From positions 1 to 35,402 of the forward strand of contig JAPUIH010000281.1 in the NCBI GenBank assembly GCA_027297205.1: a stretch of 35,402 nt of DNA, written 5' to 3'. The notes beneath the pieces were generated by a model, which saw only the letters and a program-made list of their open reading frames with translations, was not told where the DNA came from and did no database searches. The first letter of the stretch is position 1. Each line of letters begins with the position of its first letter. Source of the stretch: SAR324 cluster bacterium (GTDB taxonomy: Bacteria > SAR324 > JACQKK01). This document shows positions 9,091 to 17,948 of this stretch, piece after piece. The translations under genes and the position numbers were made by a program.

Positions 9091-9390
9091 TTAACTGTCT
9101 TCCTTGTTGGTAATGCGCTGGTAGAGCTGAAACAGGTTCTGCTTTTCCGCCATCATCTTGTCGAAGGATTCCTTGGCGCTGCTGATTCCCTCCTTGATGG
9201 AGGCGGAATCCGTGCCGGTCACCGTTGTGCCTTCACCGGCAATCCGGTTGTTCAGATCGTTCAAATTGGCAACGGTGCTGTTGAGCGTTTCGTTAAAGGA
9301 CTGCCCCGCCACCTTGTCCTTACGGCCGCCCTTTTCCACCGTCTTTGGATCGGCGATCGGTTTGACATTTTGGATTTTGATATCCTTCAT
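9091..9390 (-). CDS. Divergent FliE-like protein (99 aa)
   Basis: Strong RBS (AAGGAG...GAGG); ends 2 nt before the fliE start; SFNETLNSTVANLNDL and AKESFDKMMAEKQNLFQLYQRI align in register with FliE helices. The CDS itself is well supported; FliE homology is by-eye inference. Confidence 0.65.
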   Translation of the reverse strand: MKDIKIQNVKPIADPKTVEKGGRKDKVAGQSFNETLNSTVANLNDLNNRIAGEGTTVTGTDSASIKEGISSAKESFDKMMAEKQNLFQLYQRITNKEDS

Positions 9391-9497
9391 GACACCTCGC
9401 TCTCCTTCTTTCGCGATGCCGCTGGCCGTTGCCCGCCGCGGTACACGTCAATCATATTTTATACCCAATCATTCCGAACCCGCAATCGCCACACCGT

Positions 9498-9941
9498 TTA
9501 CGCTCTGCCGATTTCCAGCGCGTTCAGCGCCATGCTCTTGGTGGCGTTGAACGCGGCGACATTTGCCTGATAGGAGCGTGTGGCCAGCATCAGATTCACC
9601 ATTTCCTCCAAGGTGTCAATATTGGGCATGGCCACATAGCCCTCTTCATTAGCATCGGGATGCGCGGGGTCATACTTTAGCAGCGGCGGCCTTTCGTCTA
9701 TGGAGACGCCCAATACCTTGACGTGCAAGGGATCGTCAGGCTTGAACTGGCTGCGCAATACCTCCTCGAAGGTGCGCGGCGCGGGCAGCGCGCCGAAAAT
9801 CACATCCCGGCGGCGGTAAGGGCCGCCTTCAGGGGTGCGCGTGGTCTGTGCATTGGCCAAATTGGAGGAAATAATGTTAATCCGGTAGCGCTGGGCGGCC
9901 ATTCCGGAAGAACTGACTTCCATTGCGGTGAGAAAATTCAT
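9498..9941 (-). CDS. flgC: Flagellar basal-body rod protein FlgC
   Basis: SGMAAQRYRINIISSNLANAQTTRTPEGGPYRRR, YDPAHPDANEEGYVAMPN, EMVNLMLATRSYQAN. Confidence 0.97.
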   Translation of the reverse strand: MNFLTAMEVSSSGMAAQRYRINIISSNLANAQTTRTPEGGPYRRRDVIFGALPAPRTFEEVLRSQFKPDDPLHVKVLGVSIDERPPLLKYDPAHPDANEEGYVAMPNIDTLEEMVNLMLATRSYQANVAAFNATKSMALNALEIGRA

Positions 9942-10358
9942 TTACGCGTCTCCTTCCCTGATCGCCAGTTTCAGTTGCTGAAATCTGCTCGAAATCATTC
10001 GGGTCAAGGCCTGGTACATCACTTGGTTTTCCGCCAGCTTGGCCATTTCCGTTTCCAGGTTCACCGTGTTTTGGTCCAACGCCGCGTCGGGAGAGGCGGT
10101 CTCGATCACCTGCGGCTGCACGCGCACCAACGGGATGGGGCGCCGGCCATCCATGTGTTGAGGATGGGTGACTTGCAGGGGCCCGGGCTGGCTGGCTTTA
10201 ATGGCTTCGCCAAGCGCCCGTTCAAATACAAGATCCTTCGATTTGTAGCCGGGGGTTTCCAGATTGGCTATGTTTCCGGCCAGCAGGGCATTGCGCCTGG
10301 TGCGAAAATCCAGGGACTTCCCCAGCAGCGTGAAATTGACGTCGAACAGTTTTGGCAT
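9942..10358 (-). CDS. flgB: Flagellar basal-body rod protein FlgB
   Basis: LAGNIANLETPGYKSKDLVF, DQNTVNLETEMAKLAENQVMY; abuts flgC. Confidence 0.96.
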   Translation of the reverse strand: MPKLFDVNFTLLGKSLDFRTRRNALLAGNIANLETPGYKSKDLVFERALGEAIKASQPGPLQVTHPQHMDGRRPIPLVRVQPQVIETASPDAALDQNTVNLETEMAKLAENQVMYQALTRMISSRFQQLKLAIREGDA

Positions 10359-10457
10359 CTTTCAACCTTTGCATCGTCCTGAGCGCACCCGGTCCATACA
10401 CGAATCCATGGGCGGCCCCGCCGTTTCCGGCCGCGATATGCTTTAGACTGGAAGAAA

Positions 10458-10473
10458 TGCAAGAGCCGGGCCT
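10458..10473 (-). promoter_or_regulatory. Sigma-54 (-24/-12) promoter upstream of flgB
   Basis: Minus strand reads AGGCCCGGCTCTTGCA (GG-N10-GC, TTGCA), about 100 nt upstream of the flgB ATG, in the intergenic gap. Confidence 0.7.
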
Positions 10474-10518
10474 ATTTGGACCCTTTACAGTGTTGGCAAT
10501 GGCGCCCCTGCGGTGGCC

Positions 10519-11757
10519 CTAGAAGCTGACGTAAAGCTTCTGGAAGATGGGGATAAACGGGCCATTCACTTCCCACATGCGCATGCCGACCCGCATGGCG
10601 GGATGAATCGTGGCCTTGATGGCCCGCACGGAAAAATCCAGCCGCTTCGATTCCCCGGGCTGCAAGAACACCAGTTTTTCCTCCGGCGGTTTCTCGAATC
10701 TGGCAAACCACACATTGAAGGTCACCCTGAGCATCAGCGGACGGCTGAGCGGATTGCGCAGCCGCACCCGCAGCAGCCCCTCTTGCGCAACCTGCTCCGG
10801 CAATGGCTGCACCGGCTCAAGCAGCTTGGCGCGAAGTGCTGGCCAATCGTTCTTGCCCAATCTGCGCGACATGGCTTCCGCCAGAGCGGCTTCCGATGCA
10901 AAGGTTCGCCCACGCAATGGTAGAAGCCGCCGTATCACCTGCACGGACACGCTTTCCCGGTGGTAATACCGGAACACATAGGAGGAAAGTTGTGTCTTGC
11001 CGGCCCGGTGGCCGTTTAACGCGGCAGGAGGCTTGGTTTGCACAAAGGCAAATTCCTCCACGGCCAGGGAAAGATCCTCACTTCGGTTTGCCGCTGGATA
11101 AAGGGATCGGGCCGCACCCAACAGCGCCTTGCGCTCCAGCGGCGATTCCACCGTCTCCAACTGCTCCAGCAGCAAGGGGATGTCCTCGGCCAACCCGAAC
11201 TCAATCATGTGATGAAAGATGCGCCAGCGGCGAGGCGACTCCAGTTGCAGTTCAATGGCCAACAAGAGCAGCCTGCGGGTGCGTTCGGGCTCCCGGCGCA
11301 GATTATCCAGCGCCTCTAGCCACTTTTCCGGCGTCTCGTCCAACAGCCCGCCAAGAGCAAGCCCGGGGTCCGGCCATTCGTCGGTCGCGTCCCCCTGCAG
11401 GATGAGGTAGAGCGCCCGGTCGTCCGGGGACTGAACAATGTTAATGGAATTGGCATCATCCTGGGATGATGAATCTTTCCAGGTGCGGGAGCCATCCTCG
11501 GACTGGGCAGCGGTACCTCCAGCCATGGAGAGCAGCAATCCAACAATGACCGGAAATACCAGGGCAATCGGCCAGTAAACGGTGCGGCTCCGCCCGGAGG
11601 CGCTGTGTGCAAGATTACCTGGCGCCTGGTGATGCCGAAAATTCGGGCCATGGGGCGGGGCTCCGCTCAATCTCGAAACGCCAGGCCTGGAATTCAATCT
11701 TGACTTACCCCTCAATAAGGGCGAAAAAGATTGTTTAGTGTCAAAAAAATTAATCAT
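10519..11757 (-). CDS. Hypothetical exported or membrane-anchored protein (start uncertain, probably downstream of 11757)
   Basis: Long ORF filling the flgB-rplM gap; hydrophobic stretch WPIALVFPVIVGLLLSMAGGTAAQ resembles a signal peptide; helical middle and beta-rich C-terminus; no family recognised. Confidence 0.65.
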   Translation of the reverse strand: MINFFDTKQSFSPLLRGKSRLNSRPGVSRLSGAPPHGPNFRHHQAPGNLAHSASGRSRTVYWPIALVFPVIVGLLLSMAGGTAAQSEDGSRTWKDSSSQDDANSINIVQSPDDRALYLILQGDATDEWPDPGLALGGLLDETPEKWLEALDNLRREPERTRRLLLLAIELQLESPRRWRIFHHMIEFGLAEDIPLLLEQLETVESPLERKALLGAARSLYPAANRSEDLSLAVEEFAFVQTKPPAALNGHRAGKTQLSSYVFRYYHRESVSVQVIRRLLPLRGRTFASEAALAEAMSRRLGKNDWPALRAKLLEPVQPLPEQVAQEGLLRVRLRNPLSRPLMLRVTFNVWFARFEKPPEEKLVFLQPGESKRLDFSVRAIKATIHPAMRVGMRMWEVNGPFIPIFQKLYVSF

Positions 11758-11785
11758 AGGTCAGCCGCCAGCGAATAACCACTGT

Positions 11786-12238
11786 ATGAAAACGATTACC
11801 ATTAGAAAAGAAGAATTGAGGCCGGGCGGGCAATACCCACCCCAATGGCATCTTGTCGATGCAGCGGACATTCCCCTGGGACGTGTGGCCACCCAGTTGT
11901 CCATTCTGCTGCGGGGCAAGCACAAGCCAATCTACAGTCCCCATCTGGATACGGGGGATTTTGTAGTGGTGGTCAATGCCGACAAAGTGAAACTGACAGG
12001 CAACAAACTGAAGGACAAATACTACTATCACCACACGGGCTACCCCGGCGGATTGAAGGCGGTAAAGGCAGCAAAGCTGCTGGAGAAAAAACCCACCGAA
12101 CTGCTGCGGCTCGCGGTAAAAAGAATGCTTCCCAAAAATGCACTGAACAGGAAAATTCTGCTCAAGCTGAAGCTCTATGCCGGGGAGTCCCATCCCCATC
12201 AGGCACAGAATCCGCAGCCATACCAGCTTTCCCTGTAA
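11786..12238 (+). CDS. rplM: 50S ribosomal protein L13
   Basis: WHLVDA...LGRVAT...LRGKHKPIYSPHLDTGDFVVVVNA...YYHHTGYPGGLK...MLPKN; start set to ATG 11786 (MKTITI). Confidence 0.98.
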   Translation: MKTITIRKEELRPGGQYPPQWHLVDAADIPLGRVATQLSILLRGKHKPIYSPHLDTGDFVVVVNADKVKLTGNKLKDKYYYHHTGYPGGLKAVKAAKLLEKKPTELLRLAVKRMLPKNALNRKILLKLKLYAGESHPHQAQNPQPYQLSL

Positions 12239-12261
12239 CTTTGACCAAAGGTGAGTAATTC

Positions 12262-12657
12262 ATGACGCCGATGCAATACTATGGCACCGGGAAAAGGAAG
12301 ACCGCGATTGCGCGCGTCTATCTTCGTCCGGGAAACGGCCAGATATTGGTCAACCGCAAACCCCTGGACGAATACTTTGGCGGGGAAGCCGAAAAAGTGT
12401 TCGTGCGGCAACCCCTGCATTTGACCGAGACCGCCGAGCGCTTTGACGTGAAGGTCAATGTGAAAGGTGGGGGCCCTTCCGGGCAGGCCATCGCAATCCG
12501 GCATGGATTGGCCCGGGCCCTGGTGCAGATTCCCGAGGAAGACTACAGGGCGGTGCTCAAGCGCGCCGGCCATCTGACCCGAGACGCCCGTAAAGTGGAA
12601 CGCAAGAAATACGGCCAACCCGGTGCCCGCAAGCGCTTCCAATACTCCAAGCGCTAG
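12262..12657 (+). CDS. rpsI: 30S ribosomal protein S9
   Basis: [14 protein letters not shown]...[14 protein letters not shown]...[27 protein letters not shown]. Confidence 0.98.
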   Translation: MTPMQYYGTGKRKTAIARVYLRPGNGQILVNRKPLDEYFGGEAEKVFVRQPLHLTETAERFDVKVNVKGGGPSGQAIAIRHGLARALVQIPEEDYRAVLKRAGHLTRDARKVERKKYGQPGARKRFQYSKR

Positions 12658-14231
12658 GAATCCCCCAGGTTCAGGAAGGCCGCGTTCAGCCCTTCGATCA
12701 GGTCCTGGGCACTGAAATACCGTTCTGAAATTTCCTCCCGGCTGCAGTCGCGTGCCAGACCATGCAGAAATACCCCCAGCAGCGCCGCCTCCAGCGCTGT
12801 GATGCCCTGGGCCAGCAATCCCCCCACAATTCCCGACAGCACATCCCCCGTGCCCGCGGTGGCCAAGCCCGCATCTCCGGTGCTGTTGATGAATATCTCT
12901 CCAGAGGGTGCGGCAATTATTGAGCCCGCACCTTTGAGCACCAGCACCACACCCCATTCCATGGCCAGCCGGCGTGCGTGACCCACCCGGTCACCGGACA
13001 AGTCCTCCTTGCTTAGCCCACTCAGACGGAGGAACTCCCCTGGATGGGGGGTAATTACTGTTGGCCATGCGCGGGAAGTCAGGGCCGTGCCGTCCAGGGC
13101 GTTCAGGCCATCGGCATCGATGAGCAGTGGCATATCCAACCCGGCAGTGAGTTCCTTCACGAGGGCCTGGGTACCGGGCGACTGACCCAGCCCACAGCCC
13201 AGCACCACCGCCGAGCGGCTGCGCGCCGCTTCCAGGAAAAACGGCGCGTGCGCTTGCTCGAATTTGCTCGTGTCTCCGGCCTCCGGCGAAAGTGTCATCA
13301 GTTCCGGAGCCGCCTTCAGGAAGCCGTCCCGCAGCAGCCTCGGCACACCCACGGTGACCAGACCCGTGCCCGTCTTGAGGGCTGCCAGCCCGGCCAGCAG
13401 CGCCGAGCCACCCATGCCCGCCGAGCCACAGATGGCGAGCAAATGGCCGAAGGTGCCCTTGTGACCATCTAGGGGCCGCTCGGGCAGCAGGGACTGGGCA
13501 AAAACCTGGTTTAGCAGGTAGGTGGCTGGGTCCCCACCCTCCCACTCCACTGGAATCGCGATATCTTCCACCAGGACGCGCCCCGTATATCCCATTCCCG
13601 GATATTGATAGCAGCCCAGCTTGGGCGCCTGGAAGCTGACCGTGTGGGTGCAGCGCACGGCATCCTGGGTCACGCCGCCGGTATCCGAGTTCACGCCTGA
13701 GGGCAGGTCCACCGCCAACTTGAGTTGGGAGCTCGCTCTATTGATCAGTTGGATAAATTCCGCCGCCTCCCCCGTGACAGGCCGGTTCAGCCCGGTGCCG
13801 AAAATCGCATCCACCACCGCTCCGGCACCCTCCAGCGCCGCGGCGGCCTGGGAGCGGGAACGCAAAAAATCAATAGTCTCCCCCAGGCCGCTCCAGGCTT
13901 CCGCGTTGGCCCTGGCGTCGGCGCTTGCAGGCTCTCCCACCCGGATCACCGTTACTTCCAGACCGTGGTTGTGTACCAGCCGCGCGACCGCATAGCCGTC
14001 CCCCCCGTTGTTCCCCGCACCGCAACACACCACCACCGGGCCCGGCCCATCCACATCGTGCAGCAGGTCTATCACGTGCTTCTTCACAGCGCTGGCCGCG
14101 TTTTCCATCAGCAACCGGCCGGATTTGCCAAGGGATTCAATGGCCTTGTTTTCCCACCTGCGCATTTCCCGTGAGGTGCACAGGCGCGGCAACAGGTCTA
14201 GAGGTAGCAAGGGGGCGGATGGGGCGGTCAT
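12654..14231 (-). CDS. nnr: Bifunctional NAD(P)H-hydrate epimerase/dehydratase (YjeF/NnrE-NnrD)
   Basis: [67 protein letters not shown]. Confidence 0.95.
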   Translation of the reverse strand: MTAPSAPLLPLDLLPRLCTSREMRRWENKAIESLGKSGRLLMENAASAVKKHVIDLLHDVDGPGPVVVCCGAGNNGGDGYAVARLVHNHGLEVTVIRVGEPASADARANAEAWSGLGETIDFLRSRSQAAAALEGAGAVVDAIFGTGLNRPVTGEAAEFIQLINRASSQLKLAVDLPSGVNSDTGGVTQDAVRCTHTVSFQAPKLGCYQYPGMGYTGRVLVEDIAIPVEWEGGDPATYLLNQVFAQSLLPERPLDGHKGTFGHLLAICGSAGMGGSALLAGLAALKTGTGLVTVGVPRLLRDGFLKAAPELMTLSPEAGDTSKFEQAHAPFFLEAARSRSAVVLGCGLGQSPGTQALVKELTAGLDMPLLIDADGLNALDGTALTSRAWPTVITPHPGEFLRLSGLSKEDLSGDRVGHARRLAMEWGVVLVLKGAGSIIAAPSGEIFINSTGDAGLATAGTGDVLSGIVGGLLAQGITALEAALLGVFLHGLARDCSREEISERYFSAQDLIEGLNAAFLNLGDS

Positions 14232-14290
14232 TTCAGTCTGGCTGGTTTAGCCGGGCGGGCCGCGGGAAGCGGGAAGAACTGCGTGTTGGG

Positions 14291-14986
14291 CTAGTCGGTA
14301 GTTTCCCTGGAAATGGGGGAGAAGCCCTTCGGCTCAACCAACAACGCCGTCCGCGGCACGGCAACACCGGCTCTGGGAAAAACCTTGATGTTTCCCAGAT
14401 TGCGGTACTCACCGGAAATAATGGAGAACTTCCGGTCGTAAGTGAAATAATTGGAATCGGTAACGAGCAGACTGTGGCCCCCGGACTGCACGCCAATGAA
14501 TTGGAAGATGCCGTCGTTGTCCGTCTGGGTCAGATCGCCCAGGGGCGCCAAGCGCAGGGAGACTCGCGCCGCGGAACGCCCTGTTTCGGATACCAACCGG
14601 CCCACCACCTTCCCCCTGGCCAGCCGCAGCTTGAATACGCCCGCGGACGTGAACTCCCCGGCTCGTACCAGAACCGTGCCCATAATGGGCTCGTAGCTCT
14701 TCACGAGAATTCGCAGGGGGTATTCGCCAACGGGAATGTCTTCGATGCGAAAGCGTCCATCAGGCTCCGAGACAAACCGCCGCTCCCCAAGTTGAAAACG
14801 CACCGACCGCTGCGCATAGGCCGAGGGGAAGAGGATTCCGCCATAGAGATGGCCATCGTCCGTGCCTTTTAGTTCCAGCAGGCGGCTGTAGTGTTGCGCC
14901 GGCACGTCGTACCCTTGCGGCGCCTGGTTACAGCTCGTGAGCAACCAAGCAACGGCGAGCAACAGGAACGAAATCCTCCTTGTCAT
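14291..14986 (-). CDS. Lipoprotein with two carboxypeptidase-regulatory-like beta-sandwich domains
   Basis: Signal peptide ending in lipobox LLTS-C; repeats SEPDGRFRIEDIPVGEYPL and TDNDGIFQFIGVQSGGHSL. Confidence 0.75.
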   Translation of the reverse strand: MTRRISFLLLAVAWLLTSCNQAPQGYDVPAQHYSRLLELKGTDDGHLYGGILFPSAYAQRSVRFQLGERRFVSEPDGRFRIEDIPVGEYPLRILVKSYEPIMGTVLVRAGEFTSAGVFKLRLARGKVVGRLVSETGRSAARVSLRLAPLGDLTQTDNDGIFQFIGVQSGGHSLLVTDSNYFTYDRKFSIISGEYRNLGNIKVFPRAGVAVPRTALLVEPKGFSPISRETTD

Positions 14987-15048
14987 TTCCGCTCCGGGAA
15001 ACGTGTGGACGCAAAAATACAGATCACAACTGGCGGGGAGTGATGGGC

Positions 15049-15078
15049 ATTAAAACACAATAATCCATGTGAAGTCAA
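15049..15078 (-). promoter_or_regulatory. Putative sigma-70 promoter for the lipoprotein gene
   Basis: Minus strand TTGACT-N18-TTTAAT with a TG extended -10; near-palindrome GCATATAATATGC (15086-15098) just upstream of the -35. Confidence 0.5.
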
Positions 15079-15111
15079 CGCCTTTGCATATAATATGCGC
15101 ATCCCATCCGG

Positions 15112-16281
15112 TTAATCCTCCGCGCCTGGCGCCCCCTGATCTTCCAGGGGCAGAATTACGCTAAACACCGCCCCCGGCTGTGCGGCGCGGTAGCGGAGCA
15201 ACCCTCCGTGGGCGCGCACGATCTGATAGGAAATGGACAGGCCTAATCCATTGCCGGATTTCTTGTTGCTGTAAAATGGCGTGAACAAGTTGGGCAGTAT
15301 CTCATTGTCCACGCCATCACCCTGGTCCACCACCTCGACCTGATAGTAGGTCCTTGCCGGGTCGGGCAGGGTCTCATCTTCCCGCCAGGGCCCCAGGGCT
15401 CTGGTGCGAAGGGTGACCATTGCACCGGGAGGGCTGGCATCCACGGCGTTCTGGATCAAATTTAAAAATACCTGATGCATCCTGTCCTGATCGGCAAACA
15501 GTTCAGGCAGGGATGGGTCGTAATCCCTTTCGAACCGGATGCTCTCCTGCCCCGCTGAATTGCTCTGAAACCAGATCAGATTGTCTAGCAACTCATGCAC
15601 ATTAAATCGGGTTCTGTTAAGCGGTTGTCCACCCCCCTGCAAAAGCAAATTCTTGACCAACCGTTCCAGGCGTTCCATCTCCCGGAGAATAATTTCGGGA
15701 TATCCCCGCAACTCGGGCATTCCCTCCACCTGCCGCGCCAGCAGTTGGGTGGCGCCTTTTACGCCGCTGAGCGGATTGTGCAGTTCATGGGCCAGTCTCT
15801 TCACCATCAGGCCTATGGAATCCATCAACCGCCGCTCCCGCTCCCGGTCTTCCAGATGCTCGCGATGGGTCTGATCCCAAAAAGTCACCACGGCCAGCTC
15901 CCCTTGATTGCGCGGCACTTGTACGGGATCGATCTGTACCCGCAACAGCAATGGGGGCTGGCCCTCTCCCTGGTCGAAAGTATAGGGATCGATGGTATAG
16001 GAAGTTTCTTCCTCAAGCGCCCGGGCCAGATGGGCACAGAGTTGGCTGTCCCTGCCAAACAGTTGTTGCAGGGTTTGCTGGCCCAGTTTCTCCGGTGTCA
16101 TGTGCCAAAACTGGGCGGCGGCGGGATTGAGGAGTTGAATGCGGCCCGTGCCTTCCACCACCAGCACAGGCATGCTGAGGGAATCCAAAGCGGCTTGCGA
16201 AATCGAAAAATTGCTGCTGGACACGGGGCCGTCTCGGGTTACACTGGAATCCGCACCGCCAGCGGACGGAAGTAAAAACAA
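15112..16281 (-). CDS. PAS-domain sensor histidine kinase, NtrB/GlnL-like (start uncertain, possibly GTG 16224)
   Basis: PAS (LLNPAAAQFW), H-box LAHELHNPLSGVKGATQLL, NtrB-type RDYDPSLPEL, N-box QVFLNLIQNA, DQGDG, FTPFYSNKKSGNGLGL. Confidence 0.88.
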   Translation of the reverse strand: MFLLPSAGGADSSVTRDGPVSSSNFSISQAALDSLSMPVLVVEGTGRIQLLNPAAAQFWHMTPEKLGQQTLQQLFGRDSQLCAHLARALEEETSYTIDPYTFDQGEGQPPLLLRVQIDPVQVPRNQGELAVVTFWDQTHREHLEDRERERRLMDSIGLMVKRLAHELHNPLSGVKGATQLLARQVEGMPELRGYPEIILREMERLERLVKNLLLQGGGQPLNRTRFNVHELLDNLIWFQSNSAGQESIRFERDYDPSLPELFADQDRMHQVFLNLIQNAVDASPPGAMVTLRTRALGPWREDETLPDPARTYYQVEVVDQGDGVDNEILPNLFTPFYSNKKSGNGLGLSISYQIVRAHGGLLRYRAAQPGAVFSVILPLEDQGAPGAED

Positions 16282-16313
16282 GTTATATCAACTTTTTTGG
16301 ATTCGAGAAAATT

Positions 16314-17693
16314 TTGACCAGCACAGCCGCCACCGTTGCGGTCATTGGCGCCGGATTCGCCGGCAGCGAGGCCGCCTGGCAACTGGCCCGGCGTGGCATC
16401 GCCGTGGATGTATACGAGATGCGGCCCCGGCGCATGACCGAAGCCCACCAGAGCGATGGTTGCGCGGAACTGGTATGTTCCAATTCCTTCAAGAGCACCA
16501 ATCCGGAAAACGCCCATGGCCTGCTCAAGCAGGAACTTGCAGCCCAGGGCTCGCTGATCCTGGAAGGCGCCCAAGCCTGCCGCGTCCCCGCCGGGCAGGC
16601 GTTGGCGGTGGATCGCGAGTTGTTCTCGCACTGGATCACCCAACGTCTGGAGCAACATCCGCTGATCCGCCTGCGCCGGGAGGAAGTGCGCGACCCCGCT
16701 CTCTTGTTGTCTGCCTATGACCGGGTAATCCTGGCCAGCGGACCGCTCACTTCCCCGCAACTGGCGGATGGCCTGAGCCGTTATGTGGGCGCGGCCTACC
16801 TGTACTTCTACGATGCCATTGCGCCGGTGGTCGGCACGGATTCGATTAATATGGACGTGGCCTACCGCGCCTCGCGCTACGGCAAGGGGGACGCGGATTA
16901 CCTGAACTGTCCCCTCGCCGAGGCCCAATACCTGGCCTTCGTGGAGGCCTTGCTCGCGGCGGAGAAGATGCCCTTTCACACCTTCGAGTCCCTGCGGCCC
17001 TTCGAGGGCTGCCTGCCCATCGAGGTGCTGGCCGAGCGGGGTCCACTTACCTTGGCCTTCGGTCCCATGAAACCGGTGGGGCTGCGCGACCCACGCACGG
17101 GCAAAAACCCTTTCGCCGTGGTGCAGTTGCGGCAGGAGAACCGCCAGGCCACCATGTACAGCATGGTGGGATTTCAGACCAAGATGACCTGGCCGGAGCA
17201 GCGCCGCATCTTCCGCACCATCCCCGGCCTGGAGCAGGCCGAGTTTGCGCGGCTGGGTTCGATGCATCGCAATACGTTTCTTGATTCGCCCCGGCTGCTG
17301 AACGAGGATTTGGCTCTGAAGAGCGAACCGCGGCTGTACCTGGCCGGTCAAATTACCGGAGTGGAAGGCTATATCGAGTCCACCGCCATGGGGTTGTACG
17401 CGGCCAAGCGGGTGGCTTTGCACTTGCTCGGCTTAGCCCTGCCACGCCCGGGGCCCTGCACCATGACCGGCGGACTGGTGCGCTACGTGACCAGCAACGC
17501 GGCCGGCAATTTTCAGCCCATGAATGCGGCCTTTGGCCTGCTGGACCCACCTGCCCGGCACATGGGCAGGAAGGAAAAGCGGGCCCATCTGGCCCGGCGG
17601 GCCATGGAAGAGATCGCGGCGTTGGAAGCTTTGGAAAACCCGGCTCCGCAGCAACCGTTGACAACGTCCGGAGCCGCGCTACCGGAAGGGTAA
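16314..17693 (+). CDS. trmFO: Methylenetetrahydrofolate-tRNA-(uracil-5)-methyltransferase TrmFO
   Basis: VIGAGFAGSEAAWQ, YEMRP, AELVCSNSF, FYDAIAP, YLNCP, FEGCLPIE, GPMKPVGL, GSMHRNTF, AGQITGVEGY, FQPMN. Confidence 0.97.
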   Translation: MTSTAATVAVIGAGFAGSEAAWQLARRGIAVDVYEMRPRRMTEAHQSDGCAELVCSNSFKSTNPENAHGLLKQELAAQGSLILEGAQACRVPAGQALAVDRELFSHWITQRLEQHPLIRLRREEVRDPALLLSAYDRVILASGPLTSPQLADGLSRYVGAAYLYFYDAIAPVVGTDSINMDVAYRASRYGKGDADYLNCPLAEAQYLAFVEALLAAEKMPFHTFESLRPFEGCLPIEVLAERGPLTLAFGPMKPVGLRDPRTGKNPFAVVQLRQENRQATMYSMVGFQTKMTWPEQRRIFRTIPGLEQAEFARLGSMHRNTFLDSPRLLNEDLALKSEPRLYLAGQITGVEGYIESTAMGLYAAKRVALHLLGLALPRPGPCTMTGGLVRYVTSNAAGNFQPMNAAFGLLDPPARHMGRKEKRAHLARRAMEEIAALEALENPAPQQPLTTSGAALPEG

Positions 17694-17760
17694 GGCAGGG
17701 CAAGCGCGGATCGCAGCCCGTGGCCAGCAGTCCCTGGCGGAAAGGGTGCGAAGGAATTAC

Positions 17761-17789
17761 TTGCATCGCCAGACTGAAATAACTAAGCT
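17761..17789 (+). promoter_or_regulatory. Putative sigma-70 promoter of hflKC
   Basis: TTGCAT-N17-TAAGCT in the trmFO-hflK intergenic region. Confidence 0.5.
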
Positions 17790-17948
17790 TTTCAGACCGC
17801 ATGGATTGGCAGTGACGCAGGTGACTCTGGCCGGCCCAATTTGAGGCGCCAGCGTGGAGGGATCGGCGTGGTAAGTCCACTGCTCCCGCCGTGACCCGGC
17901 CATACCGTTCATGCAACCGAACAACACCTTTCCTACGAATCGAGAGCC

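Noticed and set aside
4334-10358. Non-flagellar type III injectisome interpretation
   Set aside because: FlgB, FlgC, FliE and a full-length FliF are flagellum-specific.
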